From Octopus sinensis (taxonomy: Eukaryota): a stretch of DNA of 64,000 bases. The translations under genes were made by a program, and so were the position numbers. The first letter of the stretch is position 1. Every line of letters begins with the position of its first letter. The DNA is taken from assembly GCF_006345805.1 (NCBI RefSeq), contig NC_043000.1, positions 95,294,001 through 95,358,000 on the forward strand, written 5' to 3'. Below, piece after piece: positions 56,198 to 64,000 of the stretch. Below the pieces are notes generated by a model. It saw only the letters and a list, made by a program, of their open reading frames with translations. It was not told the origin of the DNA and ran no database searches.

Positions 56198-56246
<49 letters not shown>

Positions 56247-57165
56247 TTATATACGTTCTCCCATCAATAAGTGTCCAGACTGTTGCCATATAATGAAGCT
56301 AAGGCACCTAGAGTGAAGCCACTTGGCACAGAATGTCCTTAAACTCTGTTGTACATGCGCATAGAGTTTCATGGTTCTAGCTCACTTGGACCTTTTACAG
56401 CAGTGCTTGGAAGGAAAGTTTCCCCTCACAGCTGCGCACACATCTGCTATGTTTTTCTCAGTTCTGCTGGTAGCAGGTCTCCCAGAACGTTCGTCAATAC
56501 CGACATTTTTTTTTGGGGGGGGGGCCAGTAGAGATCAAGGTCAGTCTTTGCCAAGTGGCTTCACTCTGCATACTTTAGATTCGTTACTATGGCAATAATT
56601 CAGATACTTATTGATCAGATGGTACAAAAACTATAACACGAGGACGAGGTAAGATACATTCATTCTAAGGAAGAGCCTATAAAGAACTTACTTCCCTAGT
56701 TCTGTTGTTTGGTGACGGATAATGCACAGCACGTGTGATTGGGAAGGAGATACGAATAAGAAAGTGACTACATATAGTGATGTTATATAACCGACAAGCT
56801 CAGAAAAACCTTCCAAGCACCGACAAACCACACGACTGCCATTACAAAAATCATCGCTAATACATTGATTTCGCTCCATTCAATGCTTGATGAATTTAAC
56901 ATGAAAATGAATGCAGCCCATAGTTATAAAAATATTATAACCTGGATTCAATAAACGGACAGGACGAGGTAATTGAGGTTTAATATGGAATAATTAAAAC
57001 CTTTACTGTAAGTTAACTAGCCACCTCTTAGTTTTACAAATCTGTTACTCTGACATTGTGATGAGCTTATCCCACTATATAGCTTTTTGGATTGGGTTAA
57101 CTGTACGTCCGATAACCTATCTGCATGTGTGTCTGTGTCTGTAAGTATGTGTCCATGTGTGTGTG

Positions 57166-57241
<76 letters not shown>

Positions 57242-57242
57242 C

Positions 57243-57278
<36 letters not shown>

Positions 57279-57309
57279 TGTTAAGTGGGATGTACAGAAA
57301 TTGAATATT

Positions 57310-57498
57310 GAGAAAAAAAGTCGTCAGAATTTTGGAAAAAAAATCTTTTTATTTCTTCAATATTAATAGCGCTTTCGTTCTTTTCTCGAACTTGTCAAAT
57401 AAAATTTTATTTGACAAGTTCAACAAAGGAACGAAAGCACTAATAATAATGAAGAAATAAAAAGATTTTTTTCCAAAATCCTGACGACTTTCTTTCTC
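57310..57498. repeat. Spacerless palindrome with about 94 bp arms
   Basis: Centre aacttgtcaaataaaa|ttttatttgacaagtt at 57404/57405; arms end in CTGACGA. Confidence 0.92.
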
Positions 57499-57516
57499 TC
57501 TCACTCTCTCTCTCTC

Positions 57517-57566
<50 letters not shown>

Positions 57567-57794
57567 GTGACATTCAATATGATCGTGTAACAGATAGTTA
57601 GTTAGCCTCAAGCATAAACAAGGCTTGTATAGATAACACGAAGTAGATTATATTCAACCAATAAATTTTATCAACCAATGCGTCGCATACACATGGTCCC
57701 ATATCGGATTAGATAGGAATTTCGATAAGATGACCCATATACAGCTCTGGTATACAGCTACAAAGATGCAAGTTATGCGATATGTCCTCTCTCT

Positions 57795-57835
<41 letters not shown>

Positions 57836-57935
57836 CTATATATATATATATATATTATATATATATATATATATATAATATATATATATATATAAAGATA
57901 TATTATATATATATATATATATATTACATATTATT

Positions 57936-57966
<31 letters not shown>

Positions 57967-58030
57967 ATATAATATATATACATATATATATATATATTAT
58001 ATATATATATATATATATACATACATATAT

Positions 58031-58088
<58 letters not shown>

Positions 58089-58095
58089 ATTATAT

Positions 58096-58555
58096 TATAT
58101 ATAAGGGCTTAGTAAAATAAATTACTTTGCCACATACTGAACTCATAGAAATAGCAGCTAAAGAAATTTCTTTCTCAGCTATTTCTAATACTTAAAGAAG
58201 ATCTCTCTCAGATAGTGTTTGCCTAAACTGACTCCAAAAGTATGGGGGAAAAAACATTAAAAAAATCAGTGCAAAGGTTATTTGAGAACGTACGTTTCTA
58301 GATTAGTCAATTCGACATTTCTTTCTTCAGCTCAGAATTCCTTGAATCGGATTTGGGAACACTGAAAGTCGGGAGCATACCCTTTCGGCTTCTAATCACC
58401 TCTGAATTCTAATGAGTTCAGTATGTGGCAAAGTAATTTATTTTACTAAGCCCTTATATATAATGTAATATTTTGAATTCGCCTATAATGGTCCCTTAAC
58501 ATACTGAATACTTGGTGAATTGATTTAATAATTAATTAATTTTACCCTCAATTGT

Positions 58556-58560
<5 letters not shown>
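58096..58560 (-). mobile_element. Fold-back element in (TA)n with hammerhead in spacer
   Basis: Arms about 58096-58151 and 58406-58462 plus about 100 bp tail. Confidence 0.85.
58283..58334 (-). ncRNA. Minimal type I hammerhead ribozyme candidate
   Basis: TGAG CTGAAGA aagaaatgtc-gaatt-gactaatcta GAAA CGTACG TT CTCA; intact core, palindromic stem III, 4 bp stem I, imperfect stem II. Confidence 0.7.
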
Positions 58561-58594
<34 letters not shown>

Positions 58595-58597
<3 letters not shown>

Positions 58598-59272
58598 TGT
58601 AGGTATCAGTTAGAGGGGTTTAATACCTCCTAGGGATAATTAAATCCAGAGTCGCTCCTGGCTATTAGCTGGGTATGTATAGTCTTTTGTAACGTTGTAC
58701 GGTAGCAGGTGGTTCGGTTGGTAAAATGAAGTTTAGGTTATATAGGAGAAGAAAATGGATATAATAACAATGAGAAACTCGTGGTTTTCGTTGGAATGTC
58801 TTTAATTAGATAGATAACAAAGAAGGAAGAAGCAGAGATGACGATAGCATTTACGATCGTTTCAATTTACTCCCCTTCACCTACACCACCGGTGTTAACT
58901 AATCGTAAAACTGAAAACACACGTGCGAAGAAAATGTGCTTAATTAAACTAGGAAACCTGCACCTGAATAATACTCACCCCCACCCTAATTTCCCAACGA
59001 AACTAACCAATCTACCACAAGCAAACCTCTACCCAGCTTATTTACCAGTGCAATGACAAAACTTTAACGTAAGAATTACCACTTTGTTTACATTACCATC
59101 ACATATTATCAATTATTTTCGCATCCTAACCGATGCATCTGTCTATATTCGCATTCTGAATAGATTTACTTACTCCAGTAAATCGAAACGATCGTAAATG
59201 CTACCGATCGTAAAGACATACCAGCGAAAACCACGAATCTCCTATTGTTTAAATATTTATTTTCTTATATAT
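58595..59272 (+). mobile_element. Fold-back element in (TA)n with hammerhead
   Basis: 58745-58870 is the gapped reverse complement of 59177-59272. Confidence 0.8.
59151..59201 (+). ncRNA. Type I hammerhead ribozyme fold with a G8>U core change
   Basis: GCATT CTGAATA GATTTACT-tactcc-AGTAAATC GAAA CGATCG TA AATGC; perfect 5 bp stem I and 8 bp stem II. Confidence 0.8.
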
Positions 59273-59325
59273 ATATAATATATATATATATTATATATAT
59301 ATATATACTATATATATATATATAT

Positions 59326-59432
<107 letters not shown>

Positions 59433-59482
59433 TATAAATATACCTACCATAATATATGGGGGATGCTTGTGTGTGTGTGAAT

Positions 59483-59895
59483 GCGCATGGCTCAGTGGTT
59501 AGAGCGTCCGGTTTACAGTTCGATTCCCGGACTGGGCTGTGCATTGTGTTCTTGAGCAATACACTTTATTTCACATTCCTCCAGTTCACTCAGCTACAGA
59601 AATGAGTTACGATGTCACCGATTCCAGGCTGTAGCGACCTCTGCATTTTCCTTGGATAACATCGGTGGCGTGGAGAGAGGGGAGGCTGGTATGCATGGGC
59701 TACTGCTGGTTTACCATAAACAACCTTGCCCGGACTTGTGTCTCGGTGGGGGAAGGAACTTTCTTGGTGCAATCCCATGGTCATTCGTGACCGAAGTGGG
59801 TGGGGTCTCTATACAAGCAAATAAGTGGAAACCGAACCAGTGAGTGTGTTAAATAAATAATAAGGCACTAAAAGAAAATTACTCATCTCAGACAG
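59483..59895 (+). mobile_element. tRNA-derived SINE family C
   Basis: gcgcatggctcagtggttagagcg...ttcgattcccgg...ttcttgagcaa; tail aaggcactaaaagaaaattactc. Confidence 0.85.
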
Positions 59896-60166
59896 AATAT
59901 ATATATATATATATATATATAAATGCATGTATGTATATTTGTATGTATATACATAGTGAACATGATGACTCTTACGCAAGAATACATGAGTATAAATTAA
60001 GAGTTGAAACGGTCCTAAATCTTAAAAACCAACTTCTAATCAGAGTAGATACCCTAGATCCAAGAGAGATAGCGCTCTCCCTCTCTCTCTCTCACTCACT
60101 CACTCGCTCCTCTTTCTCTCCGCCTCTCTGTTAACACTCATATACTATATATATATATGTGTGTGT

Positions 60167-60412
60167 GGAGGCGCGTGGCTTAGTGGTTAGGGTGTCAGCA
60201 TCGTGATCGTAAGATTGTGGTTTCGATTCCTGGACCGGGCGACGCGTTATGTTCTTGAGCAAAACACTTCCTTTCACGTTGCTCCAGTCCACTCAACTGA
60301 CAAAAATGAGTAACGCTGCGATGGACTGCCGTCCCATCCAGCTGGGGAACACACACGCATAGAAACCGAGAAACGGACCCATGAGCCTGGGTAGGCTTTT
60401 AAAAGGGCGCAT
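60167..60412 (+). mobile_element. tRNA-derived SINE family F
   Basis: ggaggcgcgtggcttagtggttaggg...gtttcgattcctggaccggg...ctgcgatggactgccgtcccatccag. Confidence 0.85.
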
Positions 60413-60424
60413 TTATTTATTTTT

Positions 60425-60481
<57 letters not shown>

Positions 60482-60484
60482 TAT

Positions 60485-60885
60485 TGTTGTGTCTGGGGAG
60501 AGTCCTTTTCTTTTAGTGCCTTATTATTTAAGACACTAACGGTTCGGTTTCCACTCATTTACTTGTATAAAGACCCCACCCACTTCGGTCACGAATGATC
60601 ATGAGATTGCACCAAGAAAGTTCCCCTCCGAGACAAGTCCGAGCGATGTTGTTTATGGAAGACCAGCAGTGGCCCATGTATAAAAGCCTCCCTTCACAAC
60701 GCCACCGATATTGTCCAAGGGAAAGACAAAGGCCGATACAGCCTGGAATCAGTGACGTCGTAACTCATTTCTATAGCTGAGTGAACTGGAGGAACATGAA
60801 ATCAAGTGTCTTGCTCAAGAACACAACATACAGCCTGGTCCGGGAACTGAATTCACTATCTCATGACTGAACCTAACGCTCTGAC
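60485..60885 (-). mobile_element. Family C SINE, inverted relative to the 59483 copy
   Basis: Reverse-complement match across body and tail. Confidence 0.85.
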
Positions 60886-60949
60886 ATGTAGATGGTTGGC
60901 GAGATTTTTCCTCCGTCTTCCTTTTTTCTTGGACTTTCCTCTGTCTCTT

Positions 60950-60984
60950 GTTTCTGAAGAAGAGCTTTACTCGAAACGTAAAAC
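60950..60984 (+). ncRNA. Minimal type I hammerhead ribozyme candidate (Penelope-type)
   Basis: GTTT CTGAAGA a GAG-cttta-CTC GAAA CG TA AAAC; predicted cleavage after GUA at 60980. Confidence 0.8.
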
Positions 60985-61115
60985 TTCCATTCTTTCCTTC
61001 CCTGAGCGGCTGCTAGTACTTTGCATGTACCACGTCCTCGCATTTTGGTTTTTCTTGTGTTTTTTATTCGTTTTATTGATTTAACTATATATATATTATA
61101 TATATATATATATAG

Positions 61116-61146
<31 letters not shown>

Positions 61147-61763
61147 GCATGTACGTATTTGTTTCTGTAGTTACATATTCTATGGTTGAATATTTTAAAC
61201 ATTAGACAAAGTGGAAAACTCACTGGAACGTAGGATAGACTGCCGTGCGGTAGTTACTCTGGATTTTTAGACTCTGAATTCGAATTTCGCCGAGGCGCTT
61301 TTCATCCTTTCGTGAATGAAAAATAAAATACCACTTCAATATTAGTATTGATTCTTCTTCCTATTTTTTTTTTTTTTTTTTGCTGTGTATTTTATTTTTA
61401 ATTTAAAGGTCAACCCTTGTCTCACGCTGCTTTGTGCGAAGAATAACATTAAGAATACAGGAGTTTGTGGAATACTCAGCCACTTGAACGTTAGTTTCAT
61501 GAGTTTTCGGAAATTCAGATGGTCGAGACACTGAATGCTGATTTCGAAACCCACAGATGAACCACTATCATATGAAATATTTTAAATATTTTAAAATATT
61601 CGACTTTTTGAAGAATAGGCTGTTAAATATTCTAAATACTTCTTGAAATACGTATTTGATGTACAAATATCTATTTGTACATCAAATATGTATTTGTACA
61701 TAAAATACGAATCTTCGAGTTTTTCATTCAATTTTTCTTATACGCGCCCCTATATTTCTTTCC

Positions 61764-61800
61764 TTCTTCTGATGAAAGACAAACGTTCGAAATATTAAGG
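61764..61800 (+). ncRNA. Degenerate hammerhead-like motif
   Basis: ctt CTGATGA aagac-aaac-gttc GAAA tat TA agg; weak stems. Confidence 0.45.
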
Positions 61801-61994
61801 CACATTTTCTCTCCAATAAATCGCTACCCCAATACCCTATTTGGGAAACTTTATTTTTCGTGTGTTACCTTTTCGATTGTTCATTTATATTTGTGTTTTA
61901 AGTTTGTCTGCATATAAGTTTATACAAATATGTCTTCGTATTTCTCTTATGTATGTATGTATGTATGTATGTATGTATGTATGTATGTATGTAT

Positions 61995-62083
<89 letters not shown>

Positions 62084-62504
62084 TTTATATATTTATATAT
62101 ACATATCTTTTTTGTGGTCAAAAAATTTATGCGGTAAGACCTGCAAAAATTTCATCACAACAAAACATTTATATATGACTGCTGATGTGGAAGCCCAACG
62201 GTCAAAAAAACTTTAGCACAAAAGGTTATAAAGATGTGACCAGTATATCAGGAGATCAGGAGCCACGCTGACGCCAAGCCTACTTCAGTTTTTGAAAATG
62301 TCTATAAATATTCAATATAGATTTTGGAACTGTATCGTTCCAAACTGACAGCAAGAAACTGGTACAAGATTATGAAAATTCTGTAATAAAATGATATTTA
62401 AAAAATACAAAACTGGAGCATAATCGCGAGTTTAATGAAACGTATAAAAGAAAAGCTGTTCCCCATAGATTCATAGAAGCCAGACAGACGGACAGACCCA
62501 GTTA

Positions 62505-62649
62505 CACAGAAGAACGGACGGACGGAAGGATGGATGGATGGAAGGACGGGTGGACGGACAGACGGTTGAACGGATGGACGGAAGGACGAACGGACGTACG
62601 GATGGATTGATTGATGGATTGAAAGGTGGATTGATGGATAGATGAATAA

Positions 62650-62731
<82 letters not shown>

Positions 62732-62750
62732 TTGGTGACAATGACAACGG

Positions 62751-62802
<52 letters not shown>
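62505..62802. repeat. Compound microsatellite (GGAC/GGAT)n-(AGAT)n-(GAT)n
   Basis: Direct reading. Confidence 0.9.
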
Positions 62803-62803
<1 letters not shown>

Positions 62804-63054
62804 CAAGAAGGAACACTAAGCAATATGAAATATAATATCGAATATTCAATGTGTTGTATTGTCTCTCGAGTAATCTAATAAAAATATTATTACCAGGCTG
62901 CTGCAGTGTTATTCCAGTATTCCAATAATTCCATACATTAAAATTATTCTAATTTGGCAACTGTTATTGGGGAATTAAAAATATTGACAGAACATCATTC
63001 TAATTATTTTTTAATTCCCACATGTTAGGTTTTTTTATATTAGAAGGCTAAGAA

Positions 63055-64000
63055 GGTTAGCTGAAACGTTCATAGACTGAGCGAGATATTCTCATGAAGT
63101 TTGTTTTTCAACATAGTCCCCACCACGCCTGAGGTCCACACATTTCTTCTATCGGTGTTGCAGTGCTTTCATCCTGTGACTCAAAAACATCGTCAACAAC
63201 AGATATGACGTCATCATATCCGCAACACAAGTCCCCAGCTACGTATTTGCTCATGTTGAGAAGCAGATGATAGTCTGATGGGACCAAATCTGAAGAATAG
63301 GGACAGTGATCGAAGTGTTCAAAGCCATCTCACGCACATCAGCCACTGAAACCAACGACTTATGTGCTGAAGCTTTGTCCTGATGAAACAAAACCCCTTT
63401 CATTAATTTTCCTGGGTGTTTGGTCTTGACGGTCTTTTGTAATTGCCTCAGCAAGCTAACATAGTACTCTCCTTTGATAGTATGGCCATTTTAAAGATAT
63501 TGATAAACACTATGTCTTTTACATCCCAAAAAAGTGAGGCCATTACCTTCCCTGTAGATGAAACAACATTGGCCTTTTTTAGAGTAGGTAAGGAGGACGT
63601 ATTTCCACTGCATGAATTGTCTCTTTGTCTCTGGTTCAAATTGATGAACCCAACACTCATATTGGCTTAGGAAACGTTCAAGAAGACCAGCTGGATCTAC
63701 CTGAAACAATGTCAGATTTTCTCATGGAGTGATGAGCCTGGTATCAAAAGACGTGGCACCCATCGAGCAGAAAAAACCATCGTCCCGCCAAGTTCATTAA
63801 GCAATATATTCTCAACTCTCTCACGGTGTATGCTAATAGTAGCGGCTTTTTGATTTATAGTCAGTAACCTGCCATCCATCACCATGTGGTGAACACGATC
63901 AATGTTTTTTCTCGGGGATGACAATTGCAGGACGTTCACATTTTGGGTAATCTCTAGGACTCTCCCTTCCCCTCCTAAATGAGAGCTGCCCACTTTTGCA
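63055..64000 (-). pseudogene. Mariner transposase pseudogene running off the window end
   Basis: ARWVPRLL, ECWVHQFEPETKRQFMQWK, GKVMASLFWD, VLFHQDKASAH and YSSDLVPSDY; frameshifted. Confidence 0.92.

Noticed and set aside
59483-59535. Bona fide tRNA genes at SINE heads (also 33547, 40488, 60167)
   Set aside because: A and B boxes present but no complete cloverleaf; the heads run into SINE bodies

Overview
AT-rich, microsatellite-saturated eukaryotic DNA. The SINE families and repeat landscape suggest a coleoid cephalopod, probably Octopus (inference). No host protein-coding gene is supportable; most ORF-track entries are translated microsatellites or SINEs. Recognisable relics include RTE, CR1/L2-type and R4/Dong-like (restriction-like endonuclease) LINEs, Tc1, mariner and DD37D-type DNA transposons, one autonomous-derived and three non-autonomous Helitrons, a solo LTR and several tRNA-derived SINE families. 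Three things stand out. (1) A set of (TA)n-embedded fold-back elements from several unrelated sequence families share one architecture and carry minimal type I hammerhead ribozyme motifs with palindromic stem III, like Penelope pLTRs. (2) tRNA-headed SINEs show the same fold-back termini, suggesting Penelope-mobilised SINEs. (3) A 2.25 kb ORF1-only (zinc knuckle, no RT) retroelement with a 12 bp TSD sits inside a SINE head. All calls were made by eye; boundaries of degenerate elements are approximate. SINE family letters (A, B, C, E, F) are my own labels.
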